This document shows positions 20,673 to 30,636 of a stretch of 64,000 bases of DNA, piece after piece. Each line of letters begins with the position of its first letter. Positions within the stretch are counted from its first letter, which is position 1. The stretch is taken from IMG/VR virus record IMGVR_UViG_3300020048_000041; one strand, written 5' to 3'. The notes beneath the pieces are model-generated. The model saw nothing but the letters and a program-made list of their open reading frames with translations. It searched no databases and was not told the DNA's origin. The stretch is from an uncultured virus (IMG/VR IMGVR_UViG_3300020048_000041) (lineage: Duplodnaviria > Heunggongvirae > Uroviricota > Caudoviricetes). Made by a program: the position numbers and the translations under genes.

Positions 20673-22487
20673 TTATCTGCTCTTAGTGAATACATAATTG
20701 GAACCACCAAACGCAGTTGAATCAACAACAGCATCAATAGTGATGTTATTTGTATCTAATTGTACTATGTTATGTTGTCTTGATATAACATCATTAGAAG
20801 CCGGCTTAATTAAGAATTCAAATTTACCATCAACTAATCTTGAAATTGACACTTCGGTTAAGCTAATTGTGCCACCGGAATAATTAACAGTTCCAAATGT
20901 CCCTGCAGAATAAATTTTGTTAAATTCAGAATCTAAGGTGTACTTTTTAAGGTTGCCAAGTCCATCATCTTCCATATAAAATACAGTTGTTGTATCACCT
21001 GTTATATAGAACCCTGTTGTAGTTACCGCTTCTTCAGGTACACCAGCAGCATAAATTGGATTATGCAAATCAATAGCGTATGGAGTTTTCGTATTGAAGT
21101 AAACGTTAACCGGTCTACGAATTAAAACATTGGTGATATTTGAAAGTATGGCTGGATCAACAGAATCAATCAATTTTAAGAATTTTGAATATCTAAATAC
21201 AGAATCGAATTTCTTTAGGTTATTATCGTTGTAATCTCTGACGATAGTATCAATAGCAGATATCAAATCATTTTTGGTTCTGCTTGTAGCCGCCTTATCA
21301 TAATGAGCAACAATATTAACCTGTAAATTGATATAATTTGGATCAACAAACTCTGGCGTGACGCCAATAACATTTCTATTTTTAAGTAAATCAATCTGTA
21401 TTAATTCTTTTTCAGCAGCAGATAATTTGCTGGAATATTTTGGTTTAATACACATAAACACTTTACCGTAAACCGGCGGAATATTATCTTCACCTCCCCA
21501 AACATTAATGGTATCAATGTTAGTGTAGTTAGCCTTTATAACAGACAAATAGTCGTTAGCCGTAACCGCTCTATTATGAGAGTTCAATAACTTTGGTGCG
21601 TTAAATCTAATTTCAGAAGCAGTTTCAGGTTCATCTCCCCCAGAAGAAGGCAGTACCGTAATAACAAAAGAAGAACCGCCTAATTCAACAATGCTTCTGG
21701 TTAACGCAAACTGGCGAATATCGTTAGCATCTGCTCTGTTAGTAATAAAATATTCAATCGTTACGATGTTACCATTAGTAAGAGCTTTTCCAAATTTATC
21801 ATTACCAAACGTCACTTCAAAATTATTGTCGTAGATTTCTTTAAGGAAAAATACAGTATCTGTTCCCTTTACATCAATGATATCAGTTGCTAGTGTATAT
21901 GATGTAATTGTGGTAGATGATGTAGATTCTTTTACAATTACCTTTACTGTATCAATGTCAACATTTTTGTTTGAAATTATATATTTGGTTGTATCAGAAA
22001 CGGTGTATGTTTCATAATTTGGTAGCCCTTCTTTAATCTCAATAGCATTTGCTCTATATATCCCGTTTGTTGGAACCAAAGAAATATCTTCTGTGTTATA
22101 GAAAAAGTAAGATTTTCCATTAGCCGTACATGAAAACGCAGAATATTTCGGCAAAATAGCTGAAGCCGGCGTTAACGTAGGGTTAGAGATAATCAAATCG
22201 ACAGTAGCAGTTGCGCATTTTGCCGAGCGCGGTAAGTAACCTAGCATAGTTGCCAAAGAAACAACACTTTCCCTTTTAGATGCTGTATCTAAAAAAGATT
22301 CGTTAAGCGCCATATTGGTATACAGTGAATTGTAATGCGTATTGTATGCAAGCAAATCAACTAAGATAGATAAACCAGAACCCTCAAAATCATAATCAGA
22401 TAAAGTTGATTGACCCTTTAGAAAGTTTTTTAGATTATTTTTTATGTTATCAAAGTCAAGTTCAGAAACATTTATTTGTTTATTCAT
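20673..22487 (-). CDS. gp6: Baseplate wedge subunit gp6
   Basis: ELDFDNIKNNLKNFLK.Q...DYDFEGSGLS.L.DLLAYNTHY; RAVTANDY; VWGGEDN.PP.YGKVF. Confidence 0.92.
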   Translation of the reverse strand: MNKQINVSELDFDNIKNNLKNFLKGQSTLSDYDFEGSGLSILVDLLAYNTHYNSLYTNMALNESFLDTASKRESVVSLATMLGYLPRSAKCATATVDLIISNPTLTPASAILPKYSAFSCTANGKSYFFYNTEDISLVPTNGIYRANAIEIKEGLPNYETYTVSDTTKYIISNKNVDIDTVKVIVKESTSSTTITSYTLATDIIDVKGTDTVFFLKEIYDNNFEVTFGNDKFGKALTNGNIVTIEYFITNRADANDIRQFALTRSIVELGGSSFVITVLPSSGGDEPETASEIRFNAPKLLNSHNRAVTANDYLSVIKANYTNIDTINVWGGEDNIPPVYGKVFMCIKPKYSSKLSAAEKELIQIDLLKNRNVIGVTPEFVDPNYINLQVNIVAHYDKAATSRTKNDLISAIDTIVRDYNDNNLKKFDSVFRYSKFLKLIDSVDPAILSNITNVLIRRPVNVYFNTKTPYAIDLHNPIYAAGVPEEAVTTTGFYITGDTTTVFYMEDDGLGNLKKYTLDSEFNKIYSAGTFGTVNYSGGTISLTEVSISRLVDGKFEFLIKPASNDVISRQHNIVQLDTNNITIDAVVDSTAFGGSNYVFTKSR

Positions 22488-23545
22488 TATCGTGTACGTT
22501 CCAGTGTTAGGTTAAGCGTGTATGGCAAATTAGATTCTGTTATGTAAAATTCAATACTAATATTTGCCAAATTTTTATTAGATTCTGGACTAATAACAAC
22601 ATCAACATTTGTTAAGGTAGCTCTAGGCTCATATGCTGATACCACCTCTCTAATTGTACGTTTAATAATTTCAGCGTAAACCGGAGAAGAAGATTCAAAT
22701 AAAAGGCTGGTGATTTGCGAGCCTAGATTTGAATTAAACGGGCGTTCATAATTCATTGTTCTGACAAGATGCTCAATAGAAGTTTTAACCGCGTTTGCAT
22801 CAATCTTAAAGGTAATATCACCAGGATGCGAAAATGTAAAATTAGCATCTGACACTGTAATATGATTAGTTGAATCAGCAAGTTCCAATACGAATATCGC
22901 ATGTTCTATGTTTTCAAGAACGTTATCGGTCACAGTTCTTATTTGAACATATGCCGTGTAAACATCTTGAGCCTTTTCATAAAATGCTAAAGTCCCGCTA
23001 AGGTAATCCGAAATGTTAAATGTATTATCAGAATTTCTAGGATATTCACCAACAACGTCAAAAGAATCTAACCCTAAAATTCTATATTTGACAGGATAAT
23101 TTTCTGTATCAGGGTAATCTGTATCAACATCAAAACGAATCAAATTTGACTCTATCTGATTGTTTGATAGGTTAGACACATTAAAAAAGTATTCTGTTCC
23201 ATCCTTATTGAATGTAAATGTACCATTGGATACTGTTGACTCTGTCACCTGTAAGTATGTTTCATCATACAAATCCGTCATTATCGAAAGTAAAGCGTTT
23301 CCGTATAGTGTTAAAAATGAGTCAGATTCTATAGATTTAATTTTACCTATGAATGAATTAGACACATAAAGATTATCATCTATAGAAAGGTAACGGGTGA
23401 ATTCTGTATCAAACCCAACCACAATTGGCGATCCAGAGTTGTAATTAAGATATCCTTTACCTGAAATGCGTTCAAATGCTGAAGGGTTAGGCATGAAGTT
23501 GAGGTCGATATCCTTGTAGCGTTTTATCGTTGACATATTCGGCAT
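22487..23545 (-). CDS. gp25: Baseplate wedge subunit gp25 with ~215-aa internal insertion
   Basis: N-terminal YKDIDLNF; C-terminal AVKTSI..LVRT..YERPFN..LGS...LLFE...YEPR...LERTR. Confidence 0.8.
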   Translation of the reverse strand: MPNMSTIKRYKDIDLNFMPNPSAFERISGKGYLNYNSGSPIVVGFDTEFTRYLSIDDNLYVSNSFIGKIKSIESDSFLTLYGNALLSIMTDLYDETYLQVTESTVSNGTFTFNKDGTEYFFNVSNLSNNQIESNLIRFDVDTDYPDTENYPVKYRILGLDSFDVVGEYPRNSDNTFNISDYLSGTLAFYEKAQDVYTAYVQIRTVTDNVLENIEHAIFVLELADSTNHITVSDANFTFSHPGDITFKIDANAVKTSIEHLVRTMNYERPFNSNLGSQITSLLFESSSPVYAEIIKRTIREVVSAYEPRATLTNVDVVISPESNKNLANISIEFYITESNLPYTLNLTLERTR

Positions 23546-23598
23546 TAAGTTAAAAGTGTTAGATATAAATATTTAGCGTTAAAAATCTAAAAAAATAA

Positions 23599-23667
23599 AA
23601 CTTTACTTTTTACTCCTAGAAGCGTATAATAGCTTAGTCGGGCGTGAATTGAGGTTAAGCGGCTAAA
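23599..23667 (+). repeat. Copy 2 of promoter plus conserved non-coding element
   Basis: TTTACT-N17-TATAAT then AGCTTAGTCGGGCGTGAATTGAGGTTAAGCG; 38/39 identical to copy 1 over 23623..23661. Confidence 0.9.
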
Positions 23668-23699
23668 TTAATCATGATATTAACTTTATTGGGGTATTT

Positions 23700-24077
23700 A
23701 TGGAAATTGAAACTATTACACTAGATGAAGAACGAATTGAACGATTCTTAAATGAATTTAAAGGTGAAGTTCAACCGTGGACAAAAGATAATCTATTAGA
23801 AAAACAAATGTTCAAAGGTTTGTTTGTGACTAGACAGGCGGCTATTGAATACCTGTATAAGATGGATGCTGATGTACTAAAGCGTGAAGAATATAAATAT
23901 ACCGGTATTATGTTACGCAGAGTCAAAGAACCTAAATCTGGAACCATTTACACAGAAAGAAGTAAAGAAGGGTTTCCTGGAATATGCTATGATTATTTGT
24001 GTTGGTTGATATCAAGTTGGGTGCCAAAATCGGATATAGATATAACACAATTTAAAACACCCAAACCAGATAAATGA
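23700..24077 (+). CDS. Hypothetical early protein, antisense to the baseplate genes
   Basis: 125-aa ORF with SD GGGG, upstream promoter and downstream hairpin. Confidence 0.75.
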   Translation: MEIETITLDEERIERFLNEFKGEVQPWTKDNLLEKQMFKGLFVTRQAAIEYLYKMDADVLKREEYKYTGIMLRRVKEPKSGTIYTERSKEGFPGICYDYLCWLISSWVPKSDIDITQFKTPKPDK

Positions 24078-24081
24078 ATTT

Positions 24082-24110
24082 ATTAGGCGGCTAAATACCG
24101 CCTAATTTTT
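24082..24110. terminator. Terminator between convergent genes
   Basis: ATTAGGCGG/CCGCCTAAT stem with T-tract. Confidence 0.75.
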
Positions 24111-26877
24111 ATTTGTATAATATAAATGTGCCGTGTGTATATTTACCATTCACACCGGTCATTTTACCAATTCCTTTCTTATCCGTATTTGTATGGTCTT
24201 TGTTATACGCGATATGTAACCAATTCCATCCTTTATTTGTATCATACTCAAGAATCATCTGAGAGTAAGCCGGTAACAATTTATCTAATGTGACCGCTAA
24301 GTTATACATATCCTCATGAGATCTAGCTGGATTATACCTAATATCCATAGCCATACCTTTAAAATGGTCAGATGTTTTAGACCCGCTTTTATTTCCTTCT
24401 GTTCTAATACCATCATTAATTGACCATTTACCACTAGGATCTTGTGCTGCATATTTACCGCTTGTTGGTCCAAGTAAATCATAAATTGGTTCAGCTATGT
24501 TTTCAGCAAGATAGGCTAAGTTATCAACCAACTCAGAAACGGTGTATTTTCTCATTGCGGAGCCGCCACCGTATATAGATCCTGGAGGTAACATAATATC
24601 AGCGATATTTGTTCCTGGTTGTACAAAATTACCAAGACAAAAATGTTTAGAAATTTTAAAGTTTAATGGGAACGATTTGTTTGAAGCAATCGTGTTATGT
24701 AAATTTGAGTCGCTTGATGAGTTCAATTTAGATCCTGGTTTCAATGCATATCCTCCAAGTGATGAATTTGTTAAAGCATCACTCCCTTCCGCGTTAGGCG
24801 TTAACTCGTCTTGTGTATCAATTTCTTTTTCAGATTGACCTCCATCTAATGCTGACCGTTCAGCATTTTGTTTATCAATAAGCGCCTTTCCAGCTGGACT
24901 GCTATTGATTTCTTCTTCAGACTCAAACTTCATAGCAGAATCACAACGGCGTTCGCCCGTTTTTAAAGGCTCTAAATTAACGCCAGAACTAGCACGTTTA
25001 TCAGGGTATTTGCCTGTCAATGTACTGCGTTTAAAGTAGATAGATTCTGATGTGATATTCGTGGTTTGGTCTTCATCACCAACAACAACATTGGATTGTG
25101 GATTATATGTAATTGTAAGTTGGTTAGGTGTCGTTGGCTCAGTATTTGTTCCTTTACCGGCTTCAGTTAATTGTGTATGCGTATCCCCTCTAGAATCTGT
25201 TGCTGTTAGTTTAACATATTTTTCAAGTGGCACGTTATCGCCAGATAAATTTATTGTACTTGCTTTGATAGATGCATTTGTAGGAGTGTATAATAAAAAA
25301 TCACCCTTTGAGTTTATCGTTGTAGTTGTAGCGGACTCCATTCGAATAGCCGCACCCGCCTTAAAGGTTATATCGCTAGGAGATTCAAAGGCTAATTTAC
25401 CATATGGAGTTTTAAAAGTCATACCGCCGTATGTTTTCTTTTCCTTATCCTCTTCGTCAGGTAACTCATCAATTTTACCATATTCAATGTTGAAGTTTTT
25501 GCCTACCGAAATCTCAAAGTTTTCTGCTACATTAATCGATAAGTTATTAGCAACACCAATTGTAGCATCACCGTGATATATCATTTCGGTGTTGCCGTTA
25601 ACCTCTACCGTTGAATCTCCTTGACATAAAAGATTCATATCACCAACGATTGTTACATTACAAGCGCCCTTAATATAAACATTACCATTTCTTTCTGTAA
25701 TCCAATAACCATCACCAATGATTTGATTTACCTGTGTGCCGTTTTCATCAACTTCGGTATAAGTACCGGCTCTATGGAATAGGTTAATCCTTTCAGCATT
25801 AGGTGAATCGTCAAACTCTAAAATGTGTCCACTTTCGGATTCCATTACTTTATTGAATGGGTACATAGTAGAGTAAGGCGCTGACGGCTGAGAAAACGAT
25901 GAATCATTAACCGAAGGAATATCTGTGTTACGCATTGAATCTTTAAATTCAACACAGGTATTTTTAATCATTCCACGAGCAAGCCGGTTTGTGTCAGCTT
26001 CGTTCATGTATTCCCGTAAAGGGTATTTCCCGAATGGGTCTGTGAATCCATTTTTACTTAGGTTTCCGTCACGGTTATCGGTAAGCGCTTCTTGTTTATA
26101 TTTGGGATGAGTTTTAATTTCTTCTAAAGAGTGTTGTGCGTCAGTTCCGCCAGCATTTTTGTTTGTTGGTTTTGGGTTAATGATAGAATCAACGATCGGA
26201 ACCGTACCTTTACCGCCGCTAAGAAAAAACTCATAATATTTTCTTTTTTGCGCGATTTGCCCAGCGGGTTCTCCTGGATTAAAATACCGTTCAATAATGT
26301 TGAAAATATTAGGATCTGTTTGTCTACTTTGTAGTTTAGCTAAAGAACCAAACTTACATACCAACAAACATATAAGCGCCCGCGTATCGTTATTATTTTC
26401 ACTGCTTAATGCTATTTCAGGATTCTTAACAAAATCTAAATCATCCCACCCCATACCTTTGGCGGCTTTAGTTGCAGCTGAATAAGTAGCAAACCCCGTT
26501 AACTGTACGAACCCTCTACCAAAATACCTAGATCCTTCTTGGTAACTTCCGTGTGGATAACTTGTTCCATACAACCAACCAAAAAACTGTTCCTTTGTTT
26601 TTCTACCGGCTTTAACTGAACCACCATATTCTTGTCGTGCGGCTTCAGTTGCCCGTTTGAATTGCCCTAGTGCAGCATAGCTATAAAATGCGGATTCTTC
26701 TGTTGCTAGAAACGTACATTCTCGCATAAGAATACCACAAATCGCGGCTTGACAATTATCGTTTGTTATTCCTGATGCTTCAAGCTGAGCGATAATACGT
26801 TTAAAATTGTTAATTCTAAGTTCACGTTGAGCGCCCTTATTGTAATCTCCAGGAAGATTATCTGTTGCTATAGTCAT
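24109..26877 (-). CDS. gp5: gp5 spike C-terminal part: GH19-type lysin, beta-helix and peptidase M15 domain
   Basis: YFGRGFVQLTG (GH19); YPFNKVMESESGHILEFDDSP.AERI...HR.GTY.E (gp5); SDHFKGMAMDI and WLHIAY (M15 Zn peptidase). Confidence 0.8.
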   Translation of the reverse strand: MTIATDNLPGDYNKGAQRELRINNFKRIIAQLEASGITNDNCQAAICGILMRECTFLATEESAFYSYAALGQFKRATEAARQEYGGSVKAGRKTKEQFFGWLYGTSYPHGSYQEGSRYFGRGFVQLTGFATYSAATKAAKGMGWDDLDFVKNPEIALSSENNNDTRALICLLVCKFGSLAKLQSRQTDPNIFNIIERYFNPGEPAGQIAQKRKYYEFFLSGGKGTVPIVDSIINPKPTNKNAGGTDAQHSLEEIKTHPKYKQEALTDNRDGNLSKNGFTDPFGKYPLREYMNEADTNRLARGMIKNTCVEFKDSMRNTDIPSVNDSSFSQPSAPYSTMYPFNKVMESESGHILEFDDSPNAERINLFHRAGTYTEVDENGTQVNQIIGDGYWITERNGNVYIKGACNVTIVGDMNLLCQGDSTVEVNGNTEMIYHGDATIGVANNLSINVAENFEISVGKNFNIEYGKIDELPDEEDKEKKTYGGMTFKTPYGKLAFESPSDITFKAGAAIRMESATTTTINSKGDFLLYTPTNASIKASTINLSGDNVPLEKYVKLTATDSRGDTHTQLTEAGKGTNTEPTTPNQLTITYNPQSNVVVGDEDQTTNITSESIYFKRSTLTGKYPDKRASSGVNLEPLKTGERRCDSAMKFESEEEINSSPAGKALIDKQNAERSALDGGQSEKEIDTQDELTPNAEGSDALTNSSLGGYALKPGSKLNSSSDSNLHNTIASNKSFPLNFKISKHFCLGNFVQPGTNIADIMLPPGSIYGGGSAMRKYTVSELVDNLAYLAENIAEPIYDLLGPTSGKYAAQDPSGKWSINDGIRTEGNKSGSKTSDHFKGMAMDIRYNPARSHEDMYNLAVTLDKLLPAYSQMILEYDTNKGWNWLHIAYNKDHTNTDKKGIGKMTGVNGKYTHGTFILYK

Positions 26878-27665
26878 TATGTTGCCTGTTTATCTGTCGT
26901 TGGAACAATTTTGTCAGCAGGGTTAAAATTCTGATTGAAGAACATCAGCATAGTATTATCACCATCTGGAGCAAAAAAATATTTAGATTTATGTCCGTCA
27001 ACTGGTTGCTCAAATAAAGATTGTTTATCAGCTGCCCATTGCGCAGGATTTTCTAAATGTAATATGTAAGAACTCAATTCTGAGTCATATGTACCTGAAG
27101 CAACAATATCGCCGTTCCCTTGAGTTTCAACTATGCGCCATTCATCAATACCTAATACTTCATTAGTTGTATTGATTAATTGATACACACTATCTGGCAT
27201 CGTTTCATCTAGATTAGATTCTTCTGATACAACACCATTGACTATATCCATCACTTTACCAGCCATTTTTTCAACTTCAGCCGCCGCGTTAGGGTTACCA
27301 GATGTTGTGCCTAATATACCATTTTCATCAGTAAAGATAACTTCATTATGAGATTCTGTATATAACTGAGCAGAAAGTGTTTGAGGAATACCGCCTATGC
27401 TACCCAACATCAATGGTTGTTGTTCGTATTCATCTACGAAAACTACGACAACCCATGTTCCTGTTACCACACCGGTTGGGCTCCATCCTATGCCATTCAT
27501 AGATGCGTTGTTGATAGGCATTACCGGATATGCCCAAGGTAGCATATCTGTTGGAAGTTCCTCTTTATTTTCTGTATGTTTTCCAACAACCCTAACTCTA
27601 CATCTACCAAGCATTAGTGGATCAAGTCTTGATTCAACCACTCCAAAGAAAAAATTACTCATCAC
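26877..27665 (-). CDS. gp5: gp5 N-terminal OB-fold domain encoded as a separate gene
   Basis: FFFGVVESRLDPLMLGRCRVRVVG.H......LPT..LPWA...GTWVV..F.D...QQP..LGSI. Confidence 0.85.
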   Translation of the reverse strand: MMSNFFFGVVESRLDPLMLGRCRVRVVGKHTENKEELPTDMLPWAYPVMPINNASMNGIGWSPTGVVTGTWVVVVFVDEYEQQPLMLGSIGGIPQTLSAQLYTESHNEVIFTDENGILGTTSGNPNAAAEVEKMAGKVMDIVNGVVSEESNLDETMPDSVYQLINTTNEVLGIDEWRIVETQGNGDIVASGTYDSELSSYILHLENPAQWAADKQSLFEQPVDGHKSKYFFAPDGDNTMLMFFNQNFNPADKIVPTTDKQAT

Positions 27666-29020
27666 GCCGCCCGTTCAACTTCGTTTAAATCTATTGATAA
27701 ACTATCTTTCATTAATAACATCACACACTGATGATTTTGGTTTGTTATTATGTGCCTAATTGCTGTTATAAGATAGTTACCGCTTAATAATTTATCTTCT
27801 TGTTCATCTTCTAATTCAAGATTACATACTTTATACAATACAAAGCTGACTCTTTGACCCACAGTATAATCTGTTCTTCCTAATACCGTAATTTCAATTT
27901 GCTGTGTATCCATCAAATTCATTAAAGAAAGCCGGCGCTGAGCAATTTTTGAATTAGAGATATCGTGATTTCCTTCAAAAATAGCATTTGCCTTTTCCAT
28001 CATAATGTAGGCGTTTTCTTTTGTATTGATAGACTGTTTAGAAATAGGAGCAAATTCGTTTAGTCTAATTTCTTTATCATAGTTGGTCTTATAATCAAAC
28101 GCAATATTCCGATAGGTTTTATTGGTTATGTTATGTACGATAAGGTTAGACGCAAAGGTTCCACTTCTGTTTCTATCGATATAACTAAAAGATTCAACCA
28201 CGTTGAAGTCTAACACTCTCGAATAGTTTTTCTCAAAGTCGAACGTTGTAGTTCTGTTTTCTTTATCTGTAGGGATATCTCTGGTAAAGTTGTCTTTTCT
28301 AAACTCACGTGTTATATCGTTTCTGAATAAAGCTTCTAATGAAATAAAGTTTAAGCCGTTACGATTTTCAAAAAACAAAAATGTTGGAGATCCTTCTGTC
28401 ATTGTACCGTTATTATTTGCCGGCATACTAATAGCGTGTTCAGCAAGGTAATTGAGATTTTTAACAGGTGACCAAAAATTAGAAACGTAAGCGTGACCAT
28501 TTGATGTTTCTTCAATATTAAATCTTTCCAGCTGTTCTTCAGTTAATTCTTTAGAATCATTTTGGAAATACGAATATTGCTTAAGAATATCTGATGCAAT
28601 GTCCGAAATCTTACTAGCATTAAACCCCTTTGAAAGTTTAATATTCATATCCAGTAAAGCTTCAACAGAAACAAAATGAAGAATATAGCTAACTAAACGA
28701 TCATTTGTGTATTGTCTATCAGATACTTTATAAACATAAAAGCGCCCATGAATTGAATGCTTTTTATCCTCATCAGGAAATCCTGGAGTAACGATATCTA
28801 AATCAAGAAATTCCTCACCAACAATAGGCAATTTATTGATGAGCGCATTAGCATCTTGAATTACAAGTGTTCCATTTATAAACGGCGCAAATATGTCTTC
28901 ATAAACGTTTATCCCAAGAAACATATTTTGTAGGTCAACCACAAAAGACGTATTAATGGATACAATTTCCATTTTGTTTATTACAACTTCGCCGGCGAAT
29001 GTTAAATTTCTAGTGGTCAT
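27662..29020 (-). CDS. Putative baseplate hub/tail protein (gp27-like)
   Basis: NVYEDIF.PFI.G...I.D...LI..LPIVGEE; FLFFEN..G.NFISL; LSGNYLITAIRH; between gp53 and gp5. Confidence 0.65.
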   Translation of the reverse strand: MTTRNLTFAGEVVINKMEIVSINTSFVVDLQNMFLGINVYEDIFAPFINGTLVIQDANALINKLPIVGEEFLDLDIVTPGFPDEDKKHSIHGRFYVYKVSDRQYTNDRLVSYILHFVSVEALLDMNIKLSKGFNASKISDIASDILKQYSYFQNDSKELTEEQLERFNIEETSNGHAYVSNFWSPVKNLNYLAEHAISMPANNNGTMTEGSPTFLFFENRNGLNFISLEALFRNDITREFRKDNFTRDIPTDKENRTTTFDFEKNYSRVLDFNVVESFSYIDRNRSGTFASNLIVHNITNKTYRNIAFDYKTNYDKEIRLNEFAPISKQSINTKENAYIMMEKANAIFEGNHDISNSKIAQRRLSLMNLMDTQQIEITVLGRTDYTVGQRVSFVLYKVCNLELEDEQEDKLLSGNYLITAIRHIITNQNHQCVMLLMKDSLSIDLNEVERAA

Positions 29021-29577
29021 AAGTCGTTCAGTTCTCTAATAATATAAGTGATTATTTCTTTTGGGATGTATTTCAAATACCGTTTCTCTTCATTCAAAAC
29101 GGTTTCATAATCGTAATTAGTTACCCCGTATGAACTGATGTAGTTTAGATAAGCCGTATATTCCGGAGTCGTCACAGAAGGATACCCCACAGGCTGTTCT
29201 AGTTTAACCGGAGTTGTTATTTTTATCACATTTCCATCAATTATTTTTTGGCAATGATGGATACCGTGGATATCGTCATATTTATCGCTAAGATATTTGT
29301 CAAAAACTTTAACCGGTATTGGGAAATCTGTTAGATAATCAAATCTGTCATTAAGAAGCATAAGCGCCCAATGATAGTTTGGTGTGCCATAAATTTTTTC
29401 AGATATAACTTCAGGCGTATCACCGTCTTGTATTGTATAGTATTCATATGACGTGATTTTATCTTTAACAATTTCTTTGAATCTGACATTATGTGTGATG
29501 TCTTTTAATACGATTAACTGTTCTTCATCGTTAATCGTAAAAGGGTAATACAGAGTTGGCACGTTTGTGAAATACAT
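29017..29577 (-). CDS. gp53: Baseplate wedge subunit gp53
   Basis: MYF...P.L.Y; YTIQDGDTPE.IS.KIYG...YHW..MLLN; TNYDYE..LNEEKR. Confidence 0.88.
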   Translation of the reverse strand: MYFTNVPTLYYPFTINDEEQLIVLKDITHNVRFKEIVKDKITSYEYYTIQDGDTPEVISEKIYGTPNYHWALMLLNDRFDYLTDFPIPVKVFDKYLSDKYDDIHGIHHCQKIIDGNVIKITTPVKLEQPVGYPSVTTPEYTAYLNYISSYGVTNYDYETVLNEEKRYLKYIPKEIITYIIRELNDL

Positions 29578-29579
29578 TA

Positions 29580-30566
29580 TTAATATCCTCCATTTAGAAC
29601 AGAATCTTTATCAAGTGTCGCCAATTCTTTAAATTCTAAAGTCATTGTTATATGATTTGGAGAACCATCATTAAATGTAGAAAATTGTCCAATAGGAGAA
29701 TAATTGATTGAAACCTTTTCAAGCACACATGTGGTGTGCTGGTGTACGTTATTATTCAAATCTTTATCAAAATAGTAATAGATGTCAAATTCTGCTGGAT
29801 ATTTATACATCAATGTGCCTACTGTTAATTCAGGCATCATGTTACCTTTAAATTGACGAATAATCTCTTGGACTGTATCTGATTCTTTTTTACTTTTTGG
29901 TGAAAACGTGTATGAAAAAGAGAACGTTCTAAAATCAACCCCTTTGAATAATAATTCTTGTTGGGGATTCAATAACATTCTAGAACCAAGTTTAAGCAAA
30001 TCAGGCGTATTTTTAACCGCTGAATTTACACCCTCTTTCATCTTGTTAATCATTTCTGTTTTTTTTGCGTCCTTTGCGTTCATTCCATTTGTTGGAGTAG
30101 CAGTTAACGTTGGCAGAACAAATAATCTATCAGTCAAACTCATTGATTCATAATTAGCGCTGTATGTTGAACTAAGCGCCGGTGGTGTATAAAGTACGAT
30201 ATTACAAAATCCATTTTTAAGTGGAGTTGGGATAAATGGACTTTCTTTACCGCTAACTCCACGCGCAGCAACAGCCGCTTGTTGAGCAGCTGATTGAGAA
30301 CGCTGACCGCTACCTGCAGACCATTCACTAGATAATGAATCTAAAGAAGAAAAAACAGTGCCTAAGATATTTCTTGCCGATGGGTTATCTAATGTATTGA
30401 GAGCATTAGATATAATTTTTGCCTTTTTACTTTCTAATGTTTTTAATGGGTTTCTAAACGAGGAGTCTGACAGCACAAACATGACATAGTTCGCACCGTA
30501 AGGGTTATCTGTTTCCGAACGAAGATCGTCGGGATAGATTAGTGTTTGCACGTAAGGCGAAGCCAT
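29580..30566 (-). CDS. gp48: Baseplate tail-tube cap gp48
   Basis: NPQQELLFKGVDFRTFSFSYTFSPKS..ES..V..II..FK; YPAEFDI.Y; CVL..VSINYSP; L.FKEL. Confidence 0.85.
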   Translation of the reverse strand: MASPYVQTLIYPDDLRSETDNPYGANYVMFVLSDSSFRNPLKTLESKKAKIISNALNTLDNPSARNILGTVFSSLDSLSSEWSAGSGQRSQSAAQQAAVAARGVSGKESPFIPTPLKNGFCNIVLYTPPALSSTYSANYESMSLTDRLFVLPTLTATPTNGMNAKDAKKTEMINKMKEGVNSAVKNTPDLLKLGSRMLLNPQQELLFKGVDFRTFSFSYTFSPKSKKESDTVQEIIRQFKGNMMPELTVGTLMYKYPAEFDIYYYFDKDLNNNVHQHTTCVLEKVSINYSPIGQFSTFNDGSPNHITMTLEFKELATLDKDSVLNGGY

Positions 30567-30613
30567 GGGTATAAAATCCTTTTAAATAAGTTAAATAAAC
30601 CATTCATTTATAT

Positions 30614-30631
30614 TATTTAAGCCGCTAAATA
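30614..30631. promoter_or_regulatory. Divergent late promoters
   Basis: TTAAATA on minus (30614..30620) and CTAAATA on plus (30625..30631) between gp48 and gp4. Confidence 0.65.
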
Positions 30632-30636
30632 AAATT

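Noticed and set aside
6012..30328. Many short antisense or alternative-frame ORFs in the track (e.g. 25052..25576, 13150..13488, 27397..27759)
   Set aside because: Shadows of long conserved genes, with no SD or recognisable motifs
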